A stretch of 64,000 nucleotides of DNA from Okamejei kenojei (Eukaryota): assembly GCA_035221665.1 (NCBI GenBank), contig CM069143.1:20646001-20710000 (forward strand), in the 5' to 3' direction. Made by a program: the position numbers and the translations under genes. Below are positions 1 through 12,839 of this stretch, in pieces. Under the pieces are notes generated by a model. That model ran no database searches. It was given only the letters and a program-made list of their open reading frames with translations, and had not been told where the DNA came from. The number at the start of each line of letters is the position of its first letter. The first letter of the stretch is position 1.

Positions 1-1371
1 TATTGTTTCAATGAAGGGCCATTGACTTGAAATGTTTATCCTGTTTTTGGATTCCACGGATGCTGTCTGAACCACTGAATATATTTCGCACTTTTGGTGT
101 ATATTCTTTGTATGCCGTGATCAGTGTCCATTCAGTGACCATTTGCTGTAACCGTAAGCATAATTAATTCAAACTTCCCTCCCGCTGGGAGCATAATAAC
201 ATAAAATTAATCTTACTGCATAACTAGAGACACACCAATCTATAAACTACCTTTTCAAATTGTATTAATAAAAATATCCTCAAGTTGTATTAAAAATAAT
301 CACCCACATACGGGACTTTGGCGAATTCATGCACCATAACGAAACTGTTGCACAATGAGTGATATTATTATGAAATGCTTGCATTTTTTTAAAATTAATG
401 ACAGACTGACGATGTATATCAGAGTGTGCATTGTAAATAAAGAGGAATCGGAAATTCAGAATACAGTATGGATATTTTAAAACGCTTCTCACAAACTGAC
501 AAAACATGTGCTATAATTTGATTTGCTTATGTGACAGGCTGCAACAATAATAGTGCTAATTAAAACACTGATGGCATGAGAGCTAGCACAAAGAATAGCG
601 TTGTTGAAGGGCTGGGGTGTGCTCAGACTGTGAAGCATTAAAGCAGATGTAGACTGCCATTTAAAGCGCAAAAGAAGTTGCATTTTTCAACACATCACCA
701 TCTCTAAATATGTTCCCACAATCTCTGCGATATTGGTAGTATATCATCCATCATAAATTTGATATCCATTACTTAAAGACAGGAAACACAAAATATGATC
801 TGGTGCCTGATAAAAAGTGTTCACTGTAAATAATGTTTTACTGAGTGGAGGCATATCCTATAAATGTTATACAAATCCTATAAATATTAAAAAGCCACAG
901 GGATCCTCCAATAAACAAAACAGTAACTGCATGCACTGGGAACACAACTTTATTTTAAGAAGCTACAACTCAAGCCTAAAAGGAAGAACCAGTACAGGCA
1001 ATGGTTTGGCATTACTTTGCACATGGCAATAAGTTGCGGGAGAAAGTGACTGAATGATACAAATGATTTGCTGATTTAGCATCTGGTAAAATTTTTCATT
1101 GAACTATTGCTCCTGAATATTATATTAACATGCAAAAATAAACTCGCTGGGATCTCATGAGATATTTTAAGGCTATTTGGAAACATCTCAGAAAGGTATC
1201 ATACTTGACAAAATTACATATTAACTTTGCATGTCAAGTATTTTACAGCCATTAGGATATTATTATGAAAAATATTTTAAAAAGAAATGAATTCATGTTA
1301 TTATGTTTATGTGGTTAAATGCTATGCTAAGATAGTTACTGTATGAGACTATATCCAAGATATCTAAGTGG

Positions 1372-1488
1372 GTAGGAAGGAACTGCAGATGCTGGTTTAA
1401 TCCAAAGATAGACACACAAGAGGGACAGGTAGCATCGCTGGAGAGAAGGAATGGGTGATGTTTTGGGTCGCAACCCTTCTTCAGACTA
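1372..1488. mobile_element. Penelope-derived short repeat with degenerate hammerhead-like core
   Basis: GAAGGAACTGCAGATGCTGG...GACACA...GGGTCGCAACCCTTCTTCAGACT. The minus strand gives CTGAAGA-stem-AAAAC. Related copies lie at 8161, 25508 and 48006. Confidence 0.6.
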
Positions 1489-3056
1489 GGAACCTCTAAG
1501 TGACGTTGCTGAGCCTTTCAGAACAGGCATAGTAGGCAGGTCAGTAAGAGAGACAGGGAAAAAATGTGTCCTAAGGGTCCTTTTCTTGATTAAGGGACAC
1601 TGTTACTTTTTTCCCCCCTGGTATGATCACTAAATGATTTAATGCTGAGAAAAACTGGCATTGCTTCATGGACAGCCAACATGCTTCCCTGATTAGCTGG
1701 GATTCATCATTCAAATCCCTGGTCGAAGTCTCAGGATTATCATTAAAATCTGAAAACTTACCGACCACAGTTTATGTCAAAACAGGCATGGTCTAATGAA
1801 TAGAAGCTTTAGAGTATTTTGGATATGAGAAGGTACTGAGAAACAGGATCAAGGTTAGTTTGTAATGAACCTTTGGAGGTGTGCAGCTACATCGAGAAAC
1901 CCTTATCAAATAATATCGTTCCCCTGGTGACAAAATGCCTCCATTGTGCAAACCGTGTTGTTTCCATGCAGTACCGACACACCTGGCATTGTCTAACTAA
2001 TGAAATCACATATCTTTTTCTTTTAAACTTCATTTTGAACTTTAATAATGTCACTGAGTAGTTTCCCTCTCAGGCCAATTTAGTGGGACTAGAACAAGCT
2101 CAAAAAAGCTTTTCATCCTTTTAAATGTTCCTTGTGAAATCAGGAATACTTTTCTTGGACCAGTAAGGAATGATTACACCTCCTCTGTTTTGAGTCTATA
2201 GTCACCTCTCCTGATCACAAGATTCTTCCCAAACCACAACTCAACACTGAAGACAGATCTCTAGAGTCTCTACTGGCTTCCTTCTGTTGCTTAAGGACCC
2301 AATTTCACCAAGGGCTGCTTTCACCTTTTCAGCAAATGGTGGGAGGCTGGGTGGGTGGGGGGTGTGATGCAGAGACTAAAAAGTCTCAGACCTCTTGATC
2401 CTGAGGTCTGATGTGTCATTGCCAGCACAAACTTTAGACCCAAATTAAGATTCAGGGCTGTGCCTTAACATTGATTGTTAACATTAGTCAAACATTTAAA
2501 GGAGACACTTGCTGCAGTAACCATTGCGTGTGTGAATATATTGCAAGGATATGTGTGCTAATAATTATAATTTTACTTCGGAGTCACGTGAGTGACTACG
2601 TGAAGAACCCGCCCCACGCTGGCAACGGCATTACGTCGACGCTGACGGCAGAAGCAGGAGCTGCAGTAAGGAGCAGCTCCTCGACAGCGGTAGGTTCAGA
2701 AACCGGCAGGTAAGTGCTGTTGAAAAACTTTTTAGGACTAGAAAACTCCGTGCCTGGTGGAAACCAGGATTTTAAAGGTTTTAAAAACTAACTAAAAGTT
2801 TAAATTAAACAGATATACTCTGTTAAAATAACGGAGTTTTTAAAAAAGAACGTCCCAGGGGAATACCTAGCGATCGGGACGAGAGATTAATTACGGGGCC
2901 GGTTCCGATACTGGTACCGTTTAAAATACGGTAGAAAGGTTTTAAATGCTCCACAATTTTGGCAGGATATTTTAAAAGTCAGAAAGACTGTATTTTTAAA
3001 AAAAGTTAATAAAATTCGCGATATGGAGAAAGTACTCCATAATATAAAAAGAGACT

Positions 3057-3172
3057 AGGGTCACAGTACCCAAACAGTTCCCCAAAAAAGACCCTGAGGG
3101 GCTTGAATGTATTAAAGACCAGGGTCACAGTACCCAAACAGTTCCCCAAAAAAGACCCTGAGGGGCTTGAAT
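3057..3172 (+). repeat. Tandem duplication (~64-bp period) inside DIRS copy 1 gag remnant
   Basis: AGGGTCACAGTACCCAAACAGTTCCCCAAAAAAGACCCTGAGGGGCTTGAAT occurs at 3057 and again at 3121. Confidence 0.9.
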
Positions 3173-5907
3173 ATACAAAATATGGCTATGTGCCAAATTG
3201 AAAAATAAAAACTCTGACCCTGGATAGGGTGGAGGAAGTCTCTTTGGATATAATTCCAAGAGGATCAGGGCTGCAAAAGACAGACCCTGCAAGTGGTGAT
3301 GTGAATTATGAATGCACACTACAAATAAAATAAAAATAAAAGTGAGGTCAGGTGTGCCTGAGATAGCAAAAGTTTTGCTATATCTAAAGGAAGTGGTGAG
3401 GCTATGGAAAAACCTAGCTACCTACATTATGTATATGGTATCTCACCAACTTCATGATTCTGTGATGATTGAAATATTAAAATTGCACAGCACAGGAAAT
3501 TGTGCCTCATTGGAAGAGCCTACGGTTTATCCGTTAATATGGGCATTCATGACTCCAAATATGAGAGCGTCAAATAGTGAGGTTTAAAAATCCTCACAAA
3601 ATTACTCTGCTGCTATTATGGCTTTTGGGCAGATGAAAGGAAAACATAAAATAAAGACGCTATTGTGCAATTTTTTCTATGAACTTTTGTATAAAATAAA
3701 TGGCTATTTGGCCCATTTTTCACCCAAGGTTGCATACCTGTGTCGAGCAAGTGGTGTTTAAGCTCTTGGTTATCTGTTTGGAATAATCTGCCTAACTTAT
3801 TGAAATTGGATGAAAAGCTAAAATATTTTAGCTGCATGAAACCTTCGTCTTTGGACGAAAAGGTATTTTCGCCCAGAAGGGGATTTGATATTGGAAATAG
3901 AGGCAGAAATATGTCAAGGAAGTTTTATTGTATTGCACAACCAAATACTTACCCGAATTCAGGGGATAAGGAGACCACCACGCTCATATGCAGAGGAATT
4001 AAAGACGTGTTCCCTGCTTAAAGAAACTGCGGATTAATCTCCAGTTAGAGGGAGATTACAAAAAGTTTATTAAAAACTGGCTTACTATTATTTTTGATCA
4101 GTATATTACGAGCAGTTTCATTAACTACTATTACTTTTAAAAAACAAGAGGTTAATCCTCCTGTACAGAATAAACCTGCTTATGTTTTCGTGTTTCTGCA
4201 TTGAAAAAGCAGAGTTTTATGTCCACATTGCCTAATTATCTAGAAAAGGGGTAATGGAAAAGATTTTGAACACGAGCATAAATTTGTCTTTAATGTTAGA
4301 AGGCATTACAGATGATGGTTGCAGAAGTATTCTGGACCTTACAGGTCTAAATAAGTTTGTAGAATACAAAAACATGTTCAAATGGAGTCATGGAATACTG
4401 CAAAATATTTAATTCAGCAGGTTGTTATATGGCTAAGATTGATGAAAAGACGCCTATTATTCTGTACCTATGTATCAGGTTTCGGTGATACTTAAATTTT
4501 AATTGGTTGTGACAATTATGGCAGTTAAGCTTTGCCAAATGGACTGAGTTCAGCTTTTTACTCTTTACGAAACTGTTTGAAACCAGTTTAGCCCAATTAG
4601 AGCACAAAATGCACATCATTATGGCTTATCTCAATGACATTTCTGGTCATTAGTGATTATCAGGAGTCAGCTGAGGACTCAGTTTCAGTTACTAAAGCTT
4701 TGTGGTAAGCTAAGGTTCTTAATTATCTAATTAAGCCCCAGCTGCAGCCAGCACAAACAATTTACTTTTGGGGTTTGTAATTAACTCAGTGACTATGTTA
4801 ATACCTTTACCAACAGTTAAAGTCGATGATATTTTGGTAACTTGTCATTATCTCATTCAAAACCTTATCCTTCCATCCGAGAAATGGTGACAACCATTGG
4901 TGAACTACTAGCAGCAGTTTCCTGCATTAGAATTTGGTTCATTACATTTATTGATATCTTCGAAGGTACAAGATACAAGCTCTCAAAGAGAAGGCAGGCC
5001 ATTTGACAGGCCTATGTAATTAACAAAAGAAGCTGTATTGGAATTTACAATGGTGGGTTAAAAAAGGAAAAATGTCCCACAAGCTGCTAAATAAATATTA
5101 TAATTAAACAGCCTGAAATGGTTTTACATACAGATGCTAGTGCTCTCGGATGGGGACCACAGATTTATCCTCCAGTTGTGGAGGTAGATGGAAAACTGAA
5201 GAACAAGTGTTTCTCCAAGAGTATGGTATTAACTATTGGGAGTTATTGGGGGCCTTTTATGGGCTTAAAGCATATTGTTGTGCTAAACAAGGTCTGCATG
5301 TGTTAATACAATTACACAATAAAACAGCTGTGGTTTACATTAATCACATGGGGAGAGTTGGATCAGTATCATGTGATTGTCTGGTCAATGAGATATGGCA
5401 ATGGTGTATTGGTCGGCAGATATGGATTGCAGTAAGCTATATACTCCAGGTAAAGACAATGTGGTAGCAGATGAAAGGTCAGGATTTTTAAAGATAATAC
5501 GAAATGGATGTTTAAGCCACCAATATTTAAGAATATTGTTTGACGATTTGGGTTGCCAGAAATTGATTTTGCATCCAGGCTTAATCATCATTTGCCTCAT
5601 TATGTGTCTTGGGAACACGATCCGGACGCAGTTGCAGTAGATGCATTTTTATTACACTGGGGAAAAATGTTCTTTTATGCTTTTCCACCATTTGCTCTGA
5701 TCCAGAGATGCTTGAAGAAATAGAGCAAGATTCAGCTTCCGGATTGTTGGTAGGGCCAAATTGGCCAACTCAACCTTGGTTCCCAGTTATGCTGAATATG
5801 ATTAAAGAACCGTATATGCAGATTCTTAACTGTAGTGATATCTTGACTAATCCAGTAACAAATGAAGATTATCCATTATATGCATATATGAATTTGTTAA
5901 TCTGCAG

Positions 5908-6884
5908 GTTTTGACCAGACCACTACAGGAACTGGGATTGTCGGACCAAACTTGACAGTTATTGGCACATCATGACGAGATAGCACACAGAAACAATATA
6001 TGACACATATTAAGAAATAGGAAGAATTTGCACACAGTCAAAATATTTCTGAGGATTATGTGAATGTTACTCATGTTTTGGAATTCCTTGCCAATTTGCG
6101 CTTTGGCCAACATTTAAGTTACAGTGCCATTAACACTGCACGCAGTGCCTTGTCGTCCTATTTAGGACTTATGACTGGTGAAAAATCAATTGGGTCGCAT
6201 CCATTAATATCACGATTCATGAAAGGAATTTTTCACATGAATCCGCCAAAACCTAGATATACAGAGATTTGGGATATGAGCATAGTACTTGCTCTACTTA
6301 GAGAATGGACGCCAATTGAAGGGTTGTCATTGGATAGGTTAACATTGAAATTGGTCATGTTAATGTCACTGGTCTCAGCCCAAAGAGTGCAAACTTTACA
6401 AATGTTGCGTTTAGACTGTATGCATGTGACTACAGATAACGTTGTATTCTATGTTTACGATCTGATCAAACAAAGTAGACCAGGGAGATCTGGAACAAAG
6501 GTAACCTTTCAAGCTTTTCATATTGAGCTTGCTTTGTGTGTGGTTAGACATTTGAACCAATGTATTAAAGTGACGGACACTTTTCGAGGAAACGAAAAGA
6601 CATTGCTGCTTACGCACAAAAAGCCACACACAAAAGCTTCAGTTCAAACTATCTCAAAATGGTTGAAACAGGTGTTGGTTTTAGCGGGAATAGACACTGA
6701 TGTCTTCAAATCTCACTCCACCAGGGCGGCAGCTACGTCCGCGACGAAGGGGCGGGACGTACCTCTTGAGCATATTTTTAAAAAAAAATCGCAGGGTGGA
6801 GTAAAGAAGAAACTTTTTCAAAGTTCTACAACAAACCTGTTCACACTATGACAAGCTTTGGACACGCGGTGTTGGGAGCACTAT
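5908..6884 (+). pseudogene. DIRS copy 1 tyrosine recombinase, disrupted
   Basis: ORF 6060-6851 has SAQRVQTL and HSTR motifs. There are upstream TGG-to-stop changes and a poly-A frameshift at ~6780 before the GW..FYNKP catalytic Tyr region. Confidence 0.88.
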
Positions 6885-8160
6885 AATCACCTGCTTTGTT
6901 TGCTATTAATTGCTATAATCAGTTGTGTAGTCACTGATATTTTTTGTCACTTATAATCATTTTTTCCCTCAAATATAAGGAGGGTATTATATGGTCTTTC
7001 AGCCATTAAAAAACTTGATTGTGAAAAGATCTAACATTTGTGTGCTTTCTCATGTATGTGTTTACTTAGCCGGATTGTCGTACGGATTAATTCTACGACA
7101 TAAAAAACACAGAAAGCTTTAAAACTCTTCACGTAGTCACTCACGTGACTCCGAAGTAAAATAGTAAGATTAAACGAGAACTCACCTGTTCGAAGTTTGA
7201 TCGTTATTTTACGAGGAGTTACGATGAGGGATTACGTGCCCTCCGCTCCCACCCTCGTAAAATAAATGATCAAATGGTGGTTCTAAGTCTTTTTATGAGC
7301 CTTACTATGTTACTCCGGCTTTGGTGTTCTGTGTTTTTCATGCCGTTGCTTTGAAGTATGCCGTTGCCAGCGTGGGGCGGGTTCTTCACGTAATCCCTCA
7401 TCGTAACTCCTCGTAAAATAACGATCAAACTTCGAACAGGTGAGTTCTCGTTTAATCTTACTATTATCTATAACAATCCACACAAGCAAACAACAATGAA
7501 ACACATGGAAACCTAGGATTGTTTATTGAAAGTGGGACATGATGTTAATTGATCAACATAAATGTAAAGGAGTACATCTGTATTAATGTTTTTTATGTGA
7601 ATAACTCTTGGTATTCAAGAGCATAGATATTGCAAAGCCCCAGTTGATATACTCGTTTGAATAATGTTCACATCAAACATACAAGTAATTGTAAGACAAT
7701 TAACAGAATAATTGATTTAATAATAACATCTCATTACAAGTGACCCAGTACCAGAGGTACACTACTCCGCTCAGGCATGACATATTCAGTTACTAAGCTT
7801 CGCCGGGAGACTATCAATATACTATTTTTTTCTAAATGACAATAAAAACATTACTTGCAGCCGACTGTTCTAGTGCTTTTGTGAACAGACACTGAACCAG
7901 GGAAGTTCATTATGCAGATGATGTGCCAGTTTTTAATCACGAGGACAGCCTTCCAGAGAGATGCTGAGTGGAGTTGAGCTGCCTCCTCTCAGAGGGAAGA
8001 ATACTTATGAGTTGTATTGGCTATTCTGCGGCCCTTTTGTAACCTACTTGCAGCACACCCACACAGCCAGGCTGGACAAACGGGAACATTGTACAACAGT
8101 AAGAGAAAATATTTGACAGTGACACACAAGGGAGATCAGATGGTGTGATCTGGAGCAAAA

Positions 8161-8300
8161 AACAAAGTGCTGGGGGAACTCAGCAGGCAGCATCTTTGGA
8201 GGGAAAAGAAATGACGCCGATTTGGGTCGGGACCCTTCTTCAGACCAATCTGAAGAAAGGTCCTGACCTGAAACATTATCTGTTCTTCTCCCCCCCACAG
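8161..8300. mobile_element. Penelope-derived fold-back repeat with two inverted hammerhead-like cores
   Basis: GGGTCGGGACCCTTCTTCAG is followed by CTGAAGAAAGGTCCTGACCTGAAAC (8250-8274). Confidence 0.6.
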
Positions 8301-8859
8301 AGAATATGTTTCAAATTATATTTGCATGCTGTTAATGCCAGAAGCGCTACTGAGTCTTTGCAATCTTGAAGCACTTACATTTCCTACTGCATAATAACTA
8401 GAACACTGCAAAGTTGAGAACAAATTGTGAGAAACTTTGTAATGAATATTGTCACCTTTAGTTGTATTTCGGGTGCATCTTCCTTCAATTCTCTTGAGGT
8501 TCGTGATTTAAAAAAAAATTACAATTGAGCGTGGATATTCATAACCTTTCTGAAAAGAGATCTGAATTATAGATACACTTCCCAAGCAGACACACTTTGG
8601 CTGTGCTGCATTGCTGTCATTATCATCAATGTCAGTTCTGCTCCACTATGATAGTGGTGAATACACTATGGGATCAGTAAATGCCAGTAAAATTAGTAAG
8701 CTTGTAGCGATGTCGAAAATAATATTTCGGGCCACAGGTTATGAATAATTTGAGACAAAATATGTACCAGACATTGTATACTTAGGAGATACAGATGAAT
8801 TTGAGAGCATAGTACTTCAAAAGCTCCATCACTGAGATCAAAATTTGTTTATGCAGAAT

Positions 8860-9050
8860 AGATAGGATATTAAATGCCTTGCCACAAGGAGTAATTGAAG
8901 CTGGTATCATTGCGACTTTAATGGAAACTTGGATACATTTATGAAAGACACAAAACTCCACGGAAAGTTTGTTTTTAATTAATTAAAGACAGAGCCATCA
9001 CAGATATATGTTGACTGAAGGGCCTCGTTCAGTACTATAAGGTTCAATTC
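8860..9050 (+). mobile_element. Old CR1 LINE 3' fragment
   Basis: Resembles the CR1 3' end (aatgccttgccacaaggagtaattgaagctgg...gactgaagggcct). Confidence 0.5.
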
Positions 9051-10751
9051 CTAAATGCTATTTGGGACTAATTGCTATAATTACCACAAACTCTGTCATT
9101 AATGCATTGATGTGCTTTGCAGAATTGGAGAAGATCAACCAGAATGAATGCTGTGCTTTACTGTCTGGCAAATCCTGTATTCTAATTTTGATAATGAAAT
9201 GAGTGTACAAATGTCAAGAAGAGATGACAAAAAGCCTCCATGATTACCTTACTCCATTCTTCCCACATCTTTAGGGCAGAGACAGACAGACAATTAATTG
9301 CATGACAGGTCAAATTCACTTTGAGTTTATTGATTTGTACTGGATTCGATTTGTCCCAGCATTGCTATTGAACCTTGGCCCTGAAAGAGTCGACTGGTTG
9401 AAAGATATCAAACCACTGTCTACTGCACATGCTGTGCTCTGCACCAGAGCTTAAAACCAATGGGAATTCACAGCATTCCTTTTCTGCATTATTGTGATTT
9501 GCGGTTTAGAAGTGCCAATAGGTGACAGGCAACACCGTGGCAATAGTGGATGAAAACAGTCTGCCAAATTTACACAAAGCTTTTAACTAAAAGTGACAAA
9601 TGCACCAGGGAGGTATGATGGAAATAGTAGAATATTTTATTCCAGAAGTAAGGCCAACTATGCAATTCATCTGTGATGAACGATGAGTACTTTACAAAGG
9701 TCAACCTCACAGCTCAAATAAAATGGTTAATCAATTGTATTTTCTGCTAACACCAGGGTAAAAAGTGAGGGGAGTGGGGAATGACCACTGCTGAGATTTA
9801 CAGCGCATCCACTTCATCACTTTTAGGCTTCAATCCTGCACAGATAGAAAGGAGGTTTCCCTTTCTCACGGCAATAATGAGTTCTTAAGTGTAACGTATT
9901 TAATAAAATGTGGTTCTAATTGAGCACAAGTTTACAACAGCACGGAATAGTTCTCAATCCAGCAATTAGTAATAGATTATGGAACTCATTCACAATGTCA
10001 ATGGTAAGTGGAAAAAATTGAATTAGTCACCCAATAGCCAGAGAATGAGGATGAGGTTCATTCAGAGAATGAGGTTAAGATATAGCAGAGAGTCCTGAAC
10101 TCTTTAACAACTGACCTCAAAATGGATGATTTGTACACAAAATGGGGAAATACATTTACCAGGCCGATTACTAGTTCAATAGATGCAGAATTATATCCTA
10201 CACTTCAAAACATAACATTAGAAATTCAGTGACCTAGAATTTCAAGTGCCAAGCACATGTATTTTATGTAGAATGCAAATGATCTAAAGTGTAAAATCGA
10301 TGGCAAAACAATCGGCATTGTGACGGGAAATACATTAATACCCTTTATTCCTGTGACTTCCCCAAGATGGAAGGTGTTGAATAAACCACCATGCCTTCAA
10401 CCGCACAAACGAGGCCTCAAAGAGAAGATGGAGTCCTGCTAAGGTGAGGAGCTGTTGGAGAACCTGTCACTGAAGCCAGTCATCTAATGTTCAGTTAAGG
10501 ACAAGAAACGTCTGTGGTCAATGTAAGGTATACCTGCTTGGTACTGGCTGAGGACCAACTCGACTGATGCTTCTCCTAAATGTCCATGTCTACCTCCACT
10601 ATACCTAGTTAACTGTCAGAACCATGGGCTGCCCACTCTTATCCCTATTCATTCTTGAAATTGGGATACTCCGATTCAAGAACACAAGTGAAGTTTTAAA
10701 AGCCATAGTGACATGCATATAGGTCTACACTTCTTGCAATTTGTATTTTGG

Positions 10752-11070
10752 GAGTCATACAGTATGGTAACAGCTCCTTAGCCCACCAGGTCAAGGCCAA
10801 CTATCAAGCATCCATATGCACATTTTAATTTTATTTTTTTGCCTCCATTCATTCCCAACAACTCTTCCCAGATTCTATCGCTCATCTACAAACAAGGAAC
10901 AATTTACAGTGATGTATTTACCAACCCACTTGCTTCTCTGTGGAATTTGGAAACAAACTGGAGCACTGGGAGGAAACCCAAATAATTACAGGGAGAATGT
11001 ATAAAAGTGCACACAGATAGCATTGGAGGTTGGGTTGTTGGAGCTGCGAGTTAACAGCTCTACATGCCAC
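10752..11070 (-). mobile_element. HE1/V-SINE, decayed
   Basis: Central V-domain-like text (tgtggaatttggaaacaaactggagcactgggaggaaaccca...cagggagaatgt) is shared with the 23252 copy, plus a CR1-like tail. Confidence 0.65.
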
Positions 11071-11230
11071 ATGGTTACTATATTATAGTACCAATGGTCA
11101 TGAATTAGTGCATGTTGCGCATAGTAAACCTACTATCCATCTATACCGAGGAACAGTGCCATTCCAGCCTGGATTGATATAATTGATACAATTGTTAGCC
11201 AAATAAAAATTTGGATAACAAAAGCATATA

Positions 11231-12839
11231 CAGTGGCTTGCAAAAGTTTTCATACCCCTTGAACTTTTCCACATTTTGTCACGTTACAACCATAAACATA
11301 ATTGTATTTTATTGGGATTTTATGTGATAGACCAACACAAAGTGGCGCATATTGTGAAGTGGAAGGAAAATGATACATGGTTTTTCAATTTTTTTTTACA
11401 AATAAAAAACTGAAAAGTGTGGCGTGCAAAAGTATTCATCCCCCTTTACTCTGATACCCCTAAATAAAATCCAGTGCAACCAATTGCCTTCAGAAGTCAC
11501 CTAATTAGTAAATAGAGTCCACTTGTGCGTAATCTAATCTCAGTATAAATACAGCTGTTCTGTGAAGGCCTCAGAGGTTGTTAGAGAACATTAGTGAACA
11601 AACACCATCATGAAGCCCAAGGAACACACCAGACAGGTCAGGGATAAAGTTGTGGAGATGTTTAAAGCAGGGTTAGGTTATAAAAAAATATCCCAAGTTT
11701 TGAACATCTCATGGAGCACTGTTCAATCCATCATCTGAAAACGGAAAGAGTATGGCACAACTGCAAACCTACCAAGACATAGCCGTCCACCTAATCTGAC
11801 AGGCCGGGCAAGGAGAGCATTGATCAGAGAAGCAGCTAAGAGGCCCATGGTAACTCTGGAGGAGCTGCAGAGATTCACAGCTCAGGTGGGAGAATCTGTT
11901 CACAGAACAACCATTAGTCGTGCACTCCACAAATCATGGAAGAGTGGCAAGAAGAAAGCCATTGTTGAAACAAAGCCATAAGAAGTCCCGTTTGCAATTT
12001 GCCACAAGCCATGTGGGGGACACAGCAAACATGTGGAGGAAGGTGCTCTGTTCTGATGAGACCAAAATTGAAGTTTTTGGCCTAAATGCAAAACGCTATG
12101 TGAGGCGGAAAACTAACACTGCACATCACCCTGAACACACCATCCCCACTGTGAAACATGGTGGTGGCAGCATCATGCTGTGGTGACGCTTTTCTTCGGC
12201 AGGGACAGGGAAGCTTGTCAGAGTTGATGGGAAGATGGATGGAGCCAAATACAGGGCAATCTTGGAAGAAAACCTGTTAGAGTCTGCAAAAGACTAGAGA
12301 CTGGATCGGAGGTTCACCTTCCAGCAGGACAACAACCCTAAACATACAGCCAGAACTACAATGGAATGGTTTAGATCAAAGCATATTCATGTGTTAGAAT
12401 GGCCCAGTCAAAGTCCAGACCTAAATCCAATTGAGAATCTCTGGCAAGATTTGAAAATTGCTGTTCACAGACGCTCTTCATCCAATCTGACTGAACTTGA
12501 GCTATTTTGCACAGAAGAATGGGCAAACATTTCAGTCTCTAGATGTGCAAAGCTGGTAAAGACATACCCCAAAAGACTTGCAGCTTTAATTTCAGCGAAA
12601 GGTGGTTCTACAAAGTATTGACTCAGGGGGGCTGAATACTTTTACACGCCACACTTTTCAGTTTTTTATTTGTAATAAAATTTGGAAACCATGTATCATT
12701 TTCCTTCCACTTCACAATTATGCACCACTTTGTGTTGGTCTATCACATAAAATCCCAATAAAATACATTTACATTTGTGGTTGTAACATGACAAAATGTG
12801 GAAAAGTTTAAGGGGTATGAAAACTTTTGCAAGCCACTG
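11231..12839 (+). mobile_element. Tc1 (DD34E) DNA transposon, full length, defective
   Basis: TA|CAGTGGCTTGCAAAAG...CTTTTGCAAGCCACTG|TA with ~200-bp inverted repeats and a TA target duplication. Confidence 0.96.
11610..12621 (+). pseudogene. Tc1 transposase pseudogene
   Basis: MKPKEHTRQVRDKVV...GRVARRKPLL...SDETKIE...QQDNNPKH...SQSPDLNPIE with 34 residues between D and E. Several in-frame stops and a small deletion. Confidence 0.93.

Larger units (their letters stand above)
2570..7465 (+). mobile_element. DIRS retrotransposon copy 1 (subfamily A), defective ORFs
   Basis: Starts ATT-TTACTTCGGAGTCACGTG and ends TTAATCTTACT-ATT. ICR 7126-7238 is complementary to both termini, and the right ITR lies at ~7358-7392. 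Decayed gag, RT, RNase H (TDASALGWG), MT-like (PNWPTQPW) and YR regions are present. Confidence 0.95.
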
